Notes: generated from the letters alone by a model not told the origin. 64,000 bases of DNA from Gemmatimonadales bacterium (GCA_035278885.1 DATEIR010000127.1:19728-83727); one strand, 5' to 3'. Counted from the stretch's first letter, positions 7,584 through 17,877 are shown. Numbers and translations: made by a program.

Positions 7584-9365
7584 ATGCCCGTCACCTCCGG
7601 CCCCTTTCATCTCGCCGTCCGCTCCTTCGAATTCGTCCGCCCGCACCACCGCCGCCTCGGCGCAGTGGTCGTGCTCGCCCTGGGGCTGGCCGGTGCCAGC
7701 GCCGCGGACCCGCTCATCCTCAAGTACCTGTTCGACCAGATCGGACGCCCTGGCGGGCTCCGCGATTTCGCTCTCGCGCTGACCGGACTGGTCGTGCTGG
7801 AGCTGGCCCGCGCCGCGGTTCAGGGGTGGATGGGCGTCTGGAGCTGGGACGTTCGGCTCGGCGCGGAGTACGCCATTCGCGAGCGCGTGGTCACCCGTCT
7901 CAACGCACTGCCGCTGACGTTCCACCAGCAGCACGGCGTGGGCGGGACCATGACCAAGGTCAACCAGGCGATCGCAAGCTGGGTAGCGGCGTTCGGCGAC
8001 ACGGCGTTCAACCTGCTGCCCACCCTGCTCTACCTGGTGCTGTCGGTGGCCGCGATGCTCGAGCTCGAGTGGCGGCTGGCCCTGCTGGTGGTCGCGTTCG
8101 CGCCGTTGCCCGCGCTCATCGGCGCGCGCGCCGCGCCGGAACAGATTCAGCGCGAACGGCGCCTGGTGGAGCGGTGGAGCTCCATCTATTCCCGTTTCAA
8201 CGAGGTCCTCGCCGGCATTCTGACGGTCAAGGGCTTCAACATGGAGGACGCCGAGCGTCGGCGCTTCCTGACCGGCGTGAGGGAGGGGAACGAGGTCGTG
8301 CGGCAGGGCGTACGCACCGACAGCGTGAGCGGCGCGCTCCGCGGACTCATGGTGACCCTGGCCCGGATCACCGCGCTCGCGGTCGGCGGGTACCTCGCCT
8401 CGCGCGGCGAGATCACCGTCGGAACCCTGGTCGCCTTCCTCGGCTACATCGGCGGGCTCTTCGGCCCGGTCCAGGGGCTCACCAACACCTATCAGTCGGT
8501 CCGCAAGGCGACGGTGGCGCTCGAGGTGCTCTACGGTATCCTCGACGCCCCGGATGACGTGGCCGACGCTCCGGGCGCGGCCGACATCGCGCCGGTTCGC
8601 GGCGAGGTGCGCTTCAGCGGCGTCACCTTCGGCTACCAGCCTGGCATGGCGATCCTGCGCGGGATCGACCTGCAGGTGCGTCCCGGCGAGACGCTGGCGC
8701 TGATCGGGCCAAGCGGAAGCGGGAAGACCACGCTGGCCACGCTGCTGCAGCGGCTGTACCCCGTGACCGAGGGCACCATCGCGGTGGATGGGATGGACAT
8801 CCGGACGCTGACCCAGCAGTCGCTCCGGCGCCAGATCGGCGTGGTGTTCCAGGATCCGCATCTCTTCAACGACTCGGTCCGCGCCAACATCGCCTATGGC
8901 CGGCCCGAGGCGACCCCGGCGGAGGTGGAGGCCGCGGCTCGGGCGGCTCACGCCCACGACTTCATCATGGCCCTGCCCGACGGCTACGATACCGTCGTGC
9001 GCGAGCGGGGGAGCCGGCTCTCCGGGGGTGAGCGGCAGCGGATCGCCATCGCGCGGGCGCTGCTCAAGGACCCGCCGATCCTGATTCTGGATGAGGCCAC
9101 CTCGGCGCTCGACGCGGAGTCGGAGCGGCTCATCCAGCTGGCACTCGGCCGGCTGCTCCGTGGCCGGACCGCGCTCGTGATCGCGCACCGCCTGAGCACG
9201 GTGCGGGACGCGGATCGGATCGTGGTGCTCCAGGAGGGGCGAATCGCCGAAATCGGCAGCCACGCCGAGCTGGTGGCGGCGGGCGGGTACTACGCACGGT
9301 TGGTGGACAGCCAGCGGGAGGGATTTCTCGGCGAGACCGCCGGCTCCGAAGGGCGGGCGGCCTGA
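7584..9365 (+). CDS. ABC exporter, fused permease/ATPase (MsbA-like type I exporter)
   Basis: Six-TM N-terminal half, Walker A GPSGSGKTT, signature LSGGERQRIAIARA and Walker B ILILDEATSALD. Confidence 0.9.
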   Translation: MPVTSGPFHLAVRSFEFVRPHHRRLGAVVVLALGLAGASAADPLILKYLFDQIGRPGGLRDFALALTGLVVLELARAAVQGWMGVWSWDVRLGAEYAIRERVVTRLNALPLTFHQQHGVGGTMTKVNQAIASWVAAFGDTAFNLLPTLLYLVLSVAAMLELEWRLALLVVAFAPLPALIGARAAPEQIQRERRLVERWSSIYSRFNEVLAGILTVKGFNMEDAERRRFLTGVREGNEVVRQGVRTDSVSGALRGLMVTLARITALAVGGYLASRGEITVGTLVAFLGYIGGLFGPVQGLTNTYQSVRKATVALEVLYGILDAPDDVADAPGAADIAPVRGEVRFSGVTFGYQPGMAILRGIDLQVRPGETLALIGPSGSGKTTLATLLQRLYPVTEGTIAVDGMDIRTLTQQSLRRQIGVVFQDPHLFNDSVRANIAYGRPEATPAEVEAAARAAHAHDFIMALPDGYDTVVRERGSRLSGGERQRIAIARALLKDPPILILDEATSALDAESERLIQLALGRLLRGRTALVIAHRLSTVRDADRIVVLQEGRIAEIGSHAELVAAGGYYARLVDSQREGFLGETAGSEGRAA

Positions 9366-9369
9366 GCGG

Positions 9370-9897
9370 CTAGGTGCCTTCGAACGACGAGAAGGGCGGG
9401 ACGTTGGTCATCCAGAAGCCGGCCAGCCCGCCCTGCTGGTCGACTTCGACGTAGAAGTTGTCGGCCCCGCGCACCACTTCGACCTGCCGCCGCGGTCCGA
9501 TCCGCAGATGGAAGACACTCTCCGCCGAGTTGGTCTCGACCGAGAGCGTGGTATCCACCTCTACCGAGCTCACCGCGCGCGACCCCCCGCCGGGCAGCAC
9601 CACCCGCCCCTCTGTGAGCTGGGCCGGCACCTGCAGCTCCGACCGGGTGGCCACTTCCGGCCAGACGACCACGTCCAGTCCGCAGATCACGCCGTTGTTG
9701 ACCTCGAGCACGGCCACCGAGCCCTCGGCGTCGGTGAGCTCGACGGTGCCGGTCAGTCCCCCGCTCTTCCGATTGCCCTTGAACGCGCCGGAGAGGATGT
9801 CGGTCTCCGGGTCCCAGCGCCAGCCGATCGTCGGGAGCACGCCGGTGAGCGGCTCGACCCTGGCTTCCATATGCACCGGGGTGGCCTTAGGCGGCAC
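9370..9897 (-). CDS. hypothetical protein
   Basis: Coding-like composition with no motif I recognise. The GTG at 9897 overlaps the aminotransferase stop, and an alternative ATG lies at 9870. Confidence 0.5.
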   Translation of the reverse strand: MPPKATPVHMEARVEPLTGVLPTIGWRWDPETDILSGAFKGNRKSGGLTGTVELTDAEGSVAVLEVNNGVICGLDVVVWPEVATRSELQVPAQLTEGRVVLPGGGSRAVSSVEVDTTLSVETNSAESVFHLRIGPRRQVEVVRGADNFYVEVDQQGGLAGFWMTNVPPFSSFEGT

Positions 9898-11098
9898 GCG
9901 CGGGCTCGAGTTGATGGATGAACCGGAGGATACGATCGAGCGCCCGCTCCAGCTCCGCGTCCGACACGGCGTAGCTGAGGCGGACCCAGCGGTCGTCGCC
10001 GAACGCCGCGCCAGGGACCAGCGCCACCCCTTCCTGCTTCATCAGCTGCTCGCAGAAGGACGTTCCGGTGACCGGATCGTCTTCCCGGATGCCATCGACC
10101 CGGAAGAAGAAGTAGAACGCGCCGTGCGGCTCGACGAACTCTACCCCCGGTGCCGCGGTCCGGAACCGCTCGACCAGGTAGTCCCGGCGCCGGCGGAAGG
10201 CCGCCACCATCCTGGTCACCTCGGCCTCGACCCGCTCGTCGGTGAACGCCGTGGCGGCGGCCCACTGCGCCGGCTGGTTGGCCCCGGTGGTGGTGTGCGA
10301 CTGGAGCGCCGCCATGGCCTTCGTCAGGTGCGGCGGCGCGAGCGCGGCGCCGATGCGCCAGCCGGTCATCGCGTAGGCCTTGCTCGCGCCGTAGATGATC
10401 ACCGTCCGCTCGAGCAGCTCGTCCGGCAAATCCAGCAGCGAGGGCGCCGGGCCGGGGCCGTAGTTGATCCGACGATAGATCTCGTCCGAGATGATCCACA
10501 CCTCGTGCTTCTTGGCCCATTCGGCGATCGCCTTCAGCTCCGCCAGCGTGTAGACCGCTCCGGTCGGGTTGCAGGGCGAGCAGAGGATGAGCCCGCGGGT
10601 GGACGTCGTGTGATGCCGGTCGAGGTCCTTGACGCTCACCTTGAGGCCCCACTCGACATCGCCCGGCACCAGGACCGGGTCGGCCCGGCAGAGGTGGACG
10701 ATCTGAGGGTAGGACACCCAGGCCGGCGCCGGAATCAGCACCCGGTCCTTGGGGCCGAAGAGGGTGAAGCAGGCGTTGAAGATGGACTGCTTCGAGCCGG
10801 AGCTCACCACCAGCTGATCGGGATCCACCGGCCGGCCGCCCGACATCCGGCTCATCGCCTGGGCCATGCCCTTGCGAAGCTCCGCGATGCCGACGTTGGG
10901 CGGGTAACGGGTGAGGCCCTTCTGGACGGCCTGAATGCCGGCCTGGGCCGCGGGCGCCGGCGTGTCGAAGTCGGGCTCGCCCACGCCGAGGTCGAGGACG
11001 TCCTCTCCCGCCGCCTTGCGCCGCTTCGCCTCATTGCTGATGGCGACGGTTTCGGAGGCCTTGAGGTTCTGTACGTTGATGGAGAGTGCGTCGGGCAT
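9887..11098 (-). CDS. pyridoxal-phosphate aminotransferase class I (aspartate aminotransferase-like)
   Basis: ASKAYAMTGWRIG PLP-lysine motif and PCNPTG motif; 403 aa. Confidence 0.9.
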   Translation of the reverse strand: MPDALSINVQNLKASETVAISNEAKRRKAAGEDVLDLGVGEPDFDTPAPAAQAGIQAVQKGLTRYPPNVGIAELRKGMAQAMSRMSGGRPVDPDQLVVSSGSKQSIFNACFTLFGPKDRVLIPAPAWVSYPQIVHLCRADPVLVPGDVEWGLKVSVKDLDRHHTTSTRGLILCSPCNPTGAVYTLAELKAIAEWAKKHEVWIISDEIYRRINYGPGPAPSLLDLPDELLERTVIIYGASKAYAMTGWRIGAALAPPHLTKAMAALQSHTTTGANQPAQWAAATAFTDERVEAEVTRMVAAFRRRRDYLVERFRTAAPGVEFVEPHGAFYFFFRVDGIREDDPVTGTSFCEQLMKQEGVALVPGAAFGDDRWVRLSYAVSDAELERALDRILRFIHQLEPARAA

Positions 11099-11149
11099 GA
11101 GCGGTCCGGAGCTGAAGGCGTCGAGGATTCGGAGGGAAAGGTTTCGCGA

Positions 11150-11197
11150 CGGAGGAGGGATGTCAACCAGTCTCCACGCTGCTTGTACCCTCCTCCG
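11150..11197. repeat. 10-bp perfect inverted repeat (CGGAGGAGGG / CCCTCCTCCG) with a 28-nt loop in a divergent intergenic region
   Basis: Read directly from the sequence: arms at 11150-11159 and 11188-11197. Confidence 0.6.
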
Positions 11198-11244
11198 CCC
11201 GCCGCTACCTTGCCGCCAGTCTTTTCATTGCCTGGAGCCGGTCC

Positions 11245-12693
11245 GTGCCCTTGCCCGAGTCGCTGCATCTCTCATCCAGCGTAGCCGCCGCCGTCGAACG
11301 GCTGGGATGGGACGCGGACCAGGCCCTGCTCCGCGAGGCCGCGGCGACCGCGGCCCGGGGGCACAATCTCGTCATGGTGGTGCCGCCCGCCCCGGCCTAC
11401 GGCGTACCGGCCCTGGCGGGCCTTCTGAGCCGGCTCGGCGGCGGCGCCAGGGCGCTCCTGCTTGCCCCGCCGGCCCAGCTGGCCGAATGGGCGGCCACGG
11501 CGCACGAGGTCGGCCGAGGCAGCGGCCTCCGGGTGGAAGCGGCACAAGGCGCCGCCCGGGCTGGCCGCCGGCTCCGGGCCGGCGAGGTGAACCTCCTGAT
11601 CGCCGCCCCGGCCACCGCGCTCGAGCTCCATCGCCGATCCACCCTCGAGGCCGACCGACTCGCGGCGGTGCTGCTGGCCTGGCCCGAGAGCTGGGAAGAG
11701 GGCGAGGCGCTCACCCTGCTCATGGCCGATGTGGGCAAGGATGCCCAGCGGATTCTCCTGGTGGAGTCGCTGGAGCGGGCGGGAGAGTTGATCGAGCGCT
11801 ACGCCCGTCGGGCGCTGACCGTGGGCGCACCGCCGGCGGAGACGCCCGCCCCGGCCCCGGCAGGTCCGGTGCGCGTTGCGGGGGTGCCCTGGGAGCGACG
11901 GGCCGCCGCGCTGGCCGACCTGGTCGAGCTGCTCGATCCCGCCTCGCTGGCGGTCTGGACCGCGGACCGGACTCGCTGGGGCGAGATCGAGCGAGCGGTC
12001 GGGGCAGCCGCACCCGGGGTGACCATCACGTCCGGTGACGCGCCGAAGTCCGCCCTGGTGGTGGCCTTCGACCCGCCGACGCCCGAGCGCCTGGCGCAGC
12101 TCCTCGCCGCCGGCGACGTGGTCCTGCTCATGCCGCCCGGCACCGAGCGATACCTCCAGCGGGTGGCCTCGCCTCGGCGGCCGCTTCGTCTGCCGGGCCT
12201 GGTGGACAGCGTGACCACCGAGGCAGGGACACGTCGCGCGGCGGTAGCACGGGCCATCGAGGCCGGCCGCCCCGAAGCGGCGATCGCGGTGCTGGCTCCG
12301 TTGTTCGAGCGCTACGATGCCGGGGCCGTCGCCGCGGCCCTCTACGACCTGTGGACCGCCGCCCCCTCGGCCGCTCCGGCCTCGGCACCGGTGCCGGACG
12401 TTCCGGCCACCTCCAAGATCTTCGTGGGCATCGGCAAGAAGGATGGTGCCACGGTCAACGACCTGGTGGCGGTGCTGACGAAAGAGGTGCGGGTCGAGCG
12501 GACCCGGATCGGGCGGGTGGAGCTCAAGGATGCGTACGCGCTGGTGGAGATTCCCGCGCAGGAGGCGGAGCGGATCGCGGGAGCCCTCAACGGGACTACG
12601 ATCCGGCGCAAGCGGGTCACGGCGCGGGTGGATCGTGGGCCGGCGCGACCGACCCGGCCGACCCGGCCGACCCGGCCGACCCGGCGGGGCTAG
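11245..12693 (+). CDS. degenerate DEAD-box-helicase-like protein with a C-terminal DbpA-type RNA-binding domain
   Basis: The C-terminus (KIFVGIGKKDGATVNDLVAVL...VELKDAYALVEIP) looks like a DbpA/RRM-type domain. The upstream region has helicase-like spacing but no GSGKT Walker A and no DEAD box. The tail is RPTRPTRPTRPTRRG. Confidence 0.55.
   Translation: MPLPESLHLSSSVAAAVERLGWDADQALLREAAATAARGHNLVMVVPPAPAYGVPALAGLLSRLGGGARALLLAPPAQLAEWAATAHEVGRGSGLRVEAAQGAARAGRRLRAGEVNLLIAAPATALELHRRSTLEADRLAAVLLAWPESWEEGEALTLLMADVGKDAQRILLVESLERAGELIERYARRALTVGAPPAETPAPAPAGPVRVAGVPWERRAAALADLVELLDPASLAVWTADRTRWGEIERAVGAAAPGVTITSGDAPKSALVVAFDPPTPERLAQLLAAGDVVLLMPPGTERYLQRVASPRRPLRLPGLVDSVTTEAGTRRAAVARAIEAGRPEAAIAVLAPLFERYDAGAVAAALYDLWTAAPSAAPASAPVPDVPATSKIFVGIGKKDGATVNDLVAVLTKEVRVERTRIGRVELKDAYALVEIPAQEAERIAGALNGTTIRRKRVTARVDRGPARPTRPTRPTRPTRRG
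12651..12686. repeat. 9-bp tandem repeat GACCCGGCC x4 (last copy imperfect), coding for the (PTR)n tail
   Basis: Read directly from the sequence. Confidence 0.85.
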
Positions 12694-12699
12694 GTCGAG

Positions 12700-12990
12700 C
12701 TAGCGCTTCCGATTGACCAGGTCGCGGAGTCCGCGTGCCGCCCGGAACGCCGGCACCGTGGCAGCCGTGATGCTGAGCGCCTTCCCGGTCCGCGGGTTCC
12801 GCCCTTCGCGCGCGGCCCGCGGGCGGGTTTCGAAGGTGCCGAAGCCGGACACCGTCACCCGTCCCCCCCGACGCAGCTCGGTGGCGATCAGACCACCATC
12901 CGAAAAGAACAGCTCGGTGATCTCGTTGGCGCGGGCCTTGGTGACCCCTAGTCGCTTGGCGACGGCATCGACGAGATCCTGCTTGGTCAC
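12700..12990 (-). CDS. HU/IHF-family nucleoid-associated DNA-binding protein
   Basis: GFGTFETRPRAAREGRNPRTG...VPAFRAA signature. The GTG at 12990 is preceded by AAGGAG 5 nt upstream. The listed ORF to 13113 is a spurious extension. Confidence 0.9.
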   Translation of the reverse strand: MTKQDLVDAVAKRLGVTKARANEITELFFSDGGLIATELRRGGRVTVSGFGTFETRPRAAREGRNPRTGKALSITAATVPAFRAARGLRDLVNRKR

Positions 12991-13115
12991 CGTGACTCCT
13001 TGAGGCGGCTGGGGGCCCGAATATCGCCGAGCGTCCGAGAGCGCCGCAAGGTGACTGGAGTTTCCCGCGCGAGGCTCTACATTGACGCACCCCCCTCGCG
13101 CACTCCGGAGCACCC

Positions 13116-13721
13116 ATGAACTACGGCACCCACCCCGGCTGGATCGAGGTGATCAGCGGGGTGATGTTCAGCGGCAAGAGCGAAGAGCTCATCCGCCGGG
13201 TGCGCCGGGCCATCATCGCTCGCCGACGGGTGCAGGTGTTCAAGTCCCATCTCGATGCCCGGTACGCGGGCCTCTACAGCGTCTCCAGCCACGACGGTAC
13301 CGAGCTCGACGCCAGTCCCGTGGACTCGGCGGCCGAGATTTTCCGGCTGGTGCGACCGGACGTGCACCTGGTGGCGATCGACGAGGCGCAGTTCCTCGAT
13401 CCCGAGATCGTTCCTGTCACCGCGGCACTCGCGGCCCGGGGCCAGCGCGTGGTGCTCGCGGGCACCGACACCGACTTCCGGGGCGAGCCGTTCGGCTCCA
13501 TGGGCGATCTCATGGCGATCGCCGAAGTGGTGGACAAGCTGCAGGCGATCTGCGTGGTGTGCGGCGACCCCGCCTGCCGCAACCAGCGGCTCATCGACGG
13601 CAAGCCGGCGCGCTACCACTCGCCCACGATCATGGTGGGCGGCCGGGAGAGCTACGAGGCCCGATGCCGCCACTGCCACAGCGTGCCCCGGAAGGACGAG
13701 GATCAGACCCGTCTGCTGTGA
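13116..13721 (+). CDS. tdk: thymidine kinase
   Basis: P-loop [14 protein letters not shown], and a C-terminal zinc-ribbon pattern CVVCG...CRHC. Confidence 0.9.
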   Translation: MNYGTHPGWIEVISGVMFSGKSEELIRRVRRAIIARRRVQVFKSHLDARYAGLYSVSSHDGTELDASPVDSAAEIFRLVRPDVHLVAIDEAQFLDPEIVPVTAALAARGQRVVLAGTDTDFRGEPFGSMGDLMAIAEVVDKLQAICVVCGDPACRNQRLIDGKPARYHSPTIMVGGRESYEARCRHCHSVPRKDEDQTRLL

Positions 13722-13796
13722 GCCGCGCATGCCCGGGTTCCGGATGATCACTCGCGGTGAGGCCGGGCCGGCTCCCGGCCGGCGGGGCTGAGCGCC

Positions 13797-14393
13797 GTGC
13801 TGCACGTGGGCCTCACGGGCAACATCGCCGCGGGCAAGTCGACCGTGGCCGAGCTCTTCCGCGGCTGGGGCGCGACGGTCATCGACGCCGACGAGATCGT
13901 GCGCCAGCTGCAGGCGCCGGGCAGCGACGTGCTGGCCGCCATCGCGGCGCGGTTCGGCCCCGCCGTGCTCCGTCCCGACGGCGCGCTCGACCGGCCGGTG
14001 CTTCGCGCGCGGGTGCTGGCCGATCCGGCCGAGCTGACCGCGCTCAACGCCGTGATGCACCCGGCAGTGGCCGCGCGCCGGCGCGAGCTGGTGACGGCCG
14101 CGCGCCGGCGCGGCGACCGGATCGTGGTGAGCGACATCCCTCTGCTCTTCGAGGCCGACGATCCCGCCGCCTTCGACGCCATCGTGCTGGTGGACGCGCC
14201 CGAGCCGGTGCGCCGAGCCCGGCTGGCCGAGCGGAGGCTGCCGGCCGACGAGGCCGAGCGGCTCATGGCCGCGCAGCAACCCTCGGCGGAAAAGCGCGCG
14301 CGAAGCGACTACGTCATCGACAACACGGGCGACCTCACCGCCCTCGAGCGCGCCGCCCGCGCGGTCTGGGAGGCGCTCGTCGCGCGCGCTTGA
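13797..14393 (+). CDS. coaE: dephospho-CoA kinase
   Basis: VGLTGNIAAGKST P-loop directly at the N-terminus, ~200 aa, DADEIV motif. Confidence 0.85.
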   Translation: MLHVGLTGNIAAGKSTVAELFRGWGATVIDADEIVRQLQAPGSDVLAAIAARFGPAVLRPDGALDRPVLRARVLADPAELTALNAVMHPAVAARRRELVTAARRRGDRIVVSDIPLLFEADDPAAFDAIVLVDAPEPVRRARLAERRLPADEAERLMAAQQPSAEKRARSDYVIDNTGDLTALERAARAVWEALVARA

Positions 14394-14448
14394 CCTCGGC
14401 GGCAGCCCCGCCTATCCTCCCACCCGCCACCACGCGACCGGAGTCACC

Positions 14449-14838
14449 GTGTCGAACGTTCCGGACGATCTGCTGTATACCCCCGAGCACGAATACGTCG
14501 CCCGCACCGGCGATCCCGCGGTCGTCCGGATCGGGATCACCGACTACGCCCAGGGCGAGCTGGGCGACGTGGTCTTCGTCAATCTGCCCAAGCGGGGCGA
14601 TGCGCTGGCGAGCCACCAGGCCTTCGGCACCATCGAGGCGGTCAAGGCCGTCAGCGAGCTGTACAGCCCCGCCGCCGGCACCGTCGCGGAGATCAACCCG
14701 GCGCTGGATGCCGATCCGGCGGTGGTCAACCGGGACCCGTACGGCGAGGGGTGGATGATCGCCCTCCGCCTCTCGGACCCGGCCGCCCTGGACGGGCTGC
14801 TCTCGCCCGCGGCCTATCGCTCCCATATCGGGGAGTAG
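14449..14838 (+). CDS. gcvH: glycine cleavage system H protein
   Basis: Lipoyl-lysine motif EAVKAVSELYSP; 129 aa. Confidence 0.9.
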   Translation: MSNVPDDLLYTPEHEYVARTGDPAVVRIGITDYAQGELGDVVFVNLPKRGDALASHQAFGTIEAVKAVSELYSPAAGTVAEINPALDADPAVVNRDPYGEGWMIALRLSDPAALDGLLSPAAYRSHIGE

Positions 14839-14901
14839 CTCGAGTCCCGGAGTCGTCGTGCAGCGGTGTGTCGAGCAGGCCAAGCTTCCGCAGATCATCA
14901 G

Positions 14902-14932
14902 ATGCCCCGAGGGCGTGTCCTCGGGGCATTTT
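14902..14932 (+). terminator. 11-bp perfect stem / 6-nt loop hairpin followed by a short T-run between gcvH and gcvP (attenuator or partial terminator)
   Basis: ATGCCCCGAGG gcgtgt CCTCGGGGCAT TTT, read directly from the sequence. Confidence 0.45.
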
Positions 14933-14970
14933 CACGTGCGCCCTCTTCCGCAGCCAAGGTGTCGGGTCCC

Positions 14971-17877
14971 ATGACCACCGTCCGCCAATCGCCGACCACG
15001 TCGGCCGATCTCGACGTTCTCTACCCGTCCCACTTCGCCTATCGCCACATCGGGCCTCGCCGGGAGGACGTGGCGGAGATGGTCGAGACGCTGGGGTATT
15101 CCTCGCTCGAGGGCTTCATCGATGCCGTGGTGCCGCCCGAGATCCGGCTGCGGCGCCCACTGGCCCTGCCGCCTGGCCGGAGCGAGCGCGAGGTGCTGCA
15201 GGCGCTGCGCGGCCTCGCCGGCATGAACCGGGTGTTCCGCTCCTACATCGGCATGGGCTATGCCGGCTGTTTCACCCCACAGGTGGTCCAGCGCAACGTG
15301 CTGGAGAACCCGGGGTGGTACACCGCGTACACGCCCTATCAGGCCGAGATCGCGCAGGGACGCCTGGAGGCGCTGCTCAACTTCCAGACCGTGGTGTCGG
15401 ACCTCACCGGCCTGGAGATCGCCAACGCCTCGCTGCTGGACGAGGCCACCGCCGCCGCGGAGGCGATGCACCTGACCCTGGCGATTCACCCGTCGGTGGC
15501 CGACCCGGTCTTCCTGGTGGACGAGTATTGCCACCCGCAGACCATCGCGGTGGTGCAGACCCGGGCCGAGGCACGCGGCGTCCGGGTCGTCGTGGCGGAG
15601 CCGGAGACGTTCAGCTTCGAGCCCGGCGTGATCGGCGCGCTGGTGCAGTATCCCGCCACCGACGGCGACATCCGGGACTTCCGCTCGCTCTGCGAGCGGG
15701 CCCACGCCGCCGGCGCCCTGGTGACCGCGGCCACCGACCTGCTCGCGCTTACCGTGCTGACGCCGCCGGGCGAGTGGGGCGCCGACATCGCGGTCGGCAA
15801 CAGCCAGCGCTTCGGCGTACCGATGGGCTACGGCGGGCCGCACGCCGCCTTCTTCGCCACCCGCGACCAGCACAAGCGCTTCATGCCGGGCCGGATCATC
15901 GGGGTGAGCCGGGATCGGGACGGGCGTCCGGCCCTCCGCATGGCGCTGCAGACCCGGGAGCAGCACATCCGGCGCGACAAGGCGACCAGCAACGTCTGCA
16001 CCGCCCAGGTGCTGCTCGCGGTGATGGCGAGCATGTACGCGGTCTATCACGGCCCCGGCGGGCTCCGGCGCATCGCCGAGCGGGTGCACACCCGCGCGGT
16101 GCTGCTGGCCAACGCGCTCCGGCGGCTGCGCTACCGGATCGTGCACGAGCATTTCTTCGACACGCTGTGCATCGAGGTGCCGGAGTGGGCTCTGCCCCGC
16201 CTGCTCGACGCCGCGCGGGCCCGCCAGATCAACCTCCGCCCCCTGCCGCCGACCCGGCTCTGTATCGCGCTGGATGAGACGGTCACCCTGGGCGACCTGG
16301 CCGACGTCATCGCGGTCTTCTCGCTCAACGAGGCGCTGCCCTTCATGCTGGAGGACATCGGGCAGAAGAGCGAGCGCTCCATCCCCGAGCCGCTGCAGCG
16401 GAAGAGCGGCTACCTGACGCACCCGGTCTTCCATCTGCACCACTCGGAGACCGAGATGCTGCGCTACATCAAGCGGCTCGAGGCCCGGGACCTGTCGCTC
16501 ACCGAGGCGATGATCCCGCTCGGCTCCTGTACCATGAAGCTCAACGCCACCACCGAGATGATGCCGGTCAGCTGGCGCGAGCTCAATCGGCTCCATCCCT
16601 TCGCGCCGCGCGACCAGGCCGCGGGATACCAGCTGCTCTTCAGCCAGCTGGAGTACCAGCTGGCCGAGATCACCGGCTTCAGCGCGGTGTCGCTCCAGCC
16701 CAACGCCGGGTCCCAGGGCGAGTACGCCGGCCTGCTGGTGATCCGGGCCTACCACCGGTCTCGCGGCGACCACCACCGGACCACCTGCCTTATTCCCCAG
16801 TCGGCCCACGGCACCAACCCGGCCAGCGCGGTGATGGCCGGCATGAAGGTGGTGGCGGTCCGGAGCGACGAGCGGGGCAACATCGACGTAGAGGACCTGC
16901 GGGCCAAGGCCGCGCAGCACCGCGACACCCTCGCGGCGCTGATGGTGACTTACCCCAGCACCCATGGCGTGTTCGAGGGGTCGATCCGGGAGATCTGCGC
17001 CATCGTGCACGAGCACGGCGGACAGGTCTACATGGATGGCGCCAACATGAACGCGCAGGTGGGGCTCTGCCGTCCGGGCGACATCGGCGCCGACGTGTGC
17101 CACCTCAACCTGCACAAGACCTTCTGCATTCCCCACGGCGGCGGCGGTCCGGGGATGGGACCGATCGGCGTCGTCAAGCACCTCGCGCCGTTCCTGCCGG
17201 GGCACCCGCTGATCAACCTGGAGCATGCCCAGGCCTGCGGTACCGTATCGGCGGCCGCGTGGGGCAGCGCGGCCATCCTGCCTATCAGCTGGGCCTACAT
17301 CGCGCTCATGGGCTACGACGGACTCACCGAGGCGACCAAGATCGCGATCCTGAACGCGAACTACATCGCCCGTCGCCTCGCCGGACACTACGAGGTGCTC
17401 TACAGCGGGCCGGGCGGGTTGGTGGCGCACGAATGTATCATCGACACCCGGCCCTTCAAGGCCACCGCGGGCGTCGACGTGGAGGACATCGCCAAGCGGA
17501 TCATCGACTACGGGTTCCATCCGCCGACGGTCTCGTTCCCGGTTCCCGGCACGCTCATGATCGAGCCGACCGAGAGCGAGTCGAAGGAGGAGCTGGACCG
17601 CTTCTGCGACGCGATGATCGCTATCCGGCAGGAGATCCGGGAGATCGAGGAAGGCCGGGCCGACCGGGAGAACAACCTCCTCACCAACGCGCCCCACACG
17701 CTGCAGCAGGTGATCGCGGACGGGTGGGACCGGCCCTACCCGCGGGAGCGGGCGGCCTACCCCAGCCGGGCGGTGCGGGAGCACAAGGTGTGGCCCACGG
17801 TCGGACGGATCGACAGCGCCTTCGGCGACCGGAACCTGGTCTGCGTCTGTCCGCCGATGGAGGCGTATGCCGAGTAG
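14971..17877 (+). CDS. gcvP: glycine dehydrogenase (decarboxylating), single-chain P protein
   Basis: [19 protein letters not shown]-lysine motif, ~968 aa. The ATG at 14971 gives the typical N-terminus; the listed ORF start at 14866 is an extension. Confidence 0.92.
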   Translation: MTTVRQSPTTSADLDVLYPSHFAYRHIGPRREDVAEMVETLGYSSLEGFIDAVVPPEIRLRRPLALPPGRSEREVLQALRGLAGMNRVFRSYIGMGYAGCFTPQVVQRNVLENPGWYTAYTPYQAEIAQGRLEALLNFQTVVSDLTGLEIANASLLDEATAAAEAMHLTLAIHPSVADPVFLVDEYCHPQTIAVVQTRAEARGVRVVVAEPETFSFEPGVIGALVQYPATDGDIRDFRSLCERAHAAGALVTAATDLLALTVLTPPGEWGADIAVGNSQRFGVPMGYGGPHAAFFATRDQHKRFMPGRIIGVSRDRDGRPALRMALQTREQHIRRDKATSNVCTAQVLLAVMASMYAVYHGPGGLRRIAERVHTRAVLLANALRRLRYRIVHEHFFDTLCIEVPEWALPRLLDAARARQINLRPLPPTRLCIALDETVTLGDLADVIAVFSLNEALPFMLEDIGQKSERSIPEPLQRKSGYLTHPVFHLHHSETEMLRYIKRLEARDLSLTEAMIPLGSCTMKLNATTEMMPVSWRELNRLHPFAPRDQAAGYQLLFSQLEYQLAEITGFSAVSLQPNAGSQGEYAGLLVIRAYHRSRGDHHRTTCLIPQSAHGTNPASAVMAGMKVVAVRSDERGNIDVEDLRAKAAQHRDTLAALMVTYPSTHGVFEGSIREICAIVHEHGGQVYMDGANMNAQVGLCRPGDIGADVCHLNLHKTFCIPHGGGGPGMGPIGVVKHLAPFLPGHPLINLEHAQACGTVSAAAWGSAAILPISWAYIALMGYDGLTEATKIAILNANYIARRLAGHYEVLYSGPGGLVAHECIIDTRPFKATAGVDVEDIAKRIIDYGFHPPTVSFPVPGTLMIEPTESESKEELDRFCDAMIAIRQEIREIEEGRADRENNLLTNAPHTLQQVIADGWDRPYPRERAAYPSRAVREHKVWPTVGRIDSAFGDRNLVCVCPPMEAYAE

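Noticed and set aside
12651-12686. Tandem 9-bp repeat considered as a possible CRISPR-like or minisatellite locus.
   Set aside because: There are only four contiguous copies and no spacers, and the repeat is in frame within a CDS, where it encodes (PTR)n. It is a coding microsatellite, not a CRISPR array.
14394-14448. Looked for a glycine riboswitch upstream of gcvH.
   Set aside because: The gap is only 55 nt and shows none of the conserved glycine-aptamer features. gcvT, the usual riboswitch-controlled gene, is not in this window.
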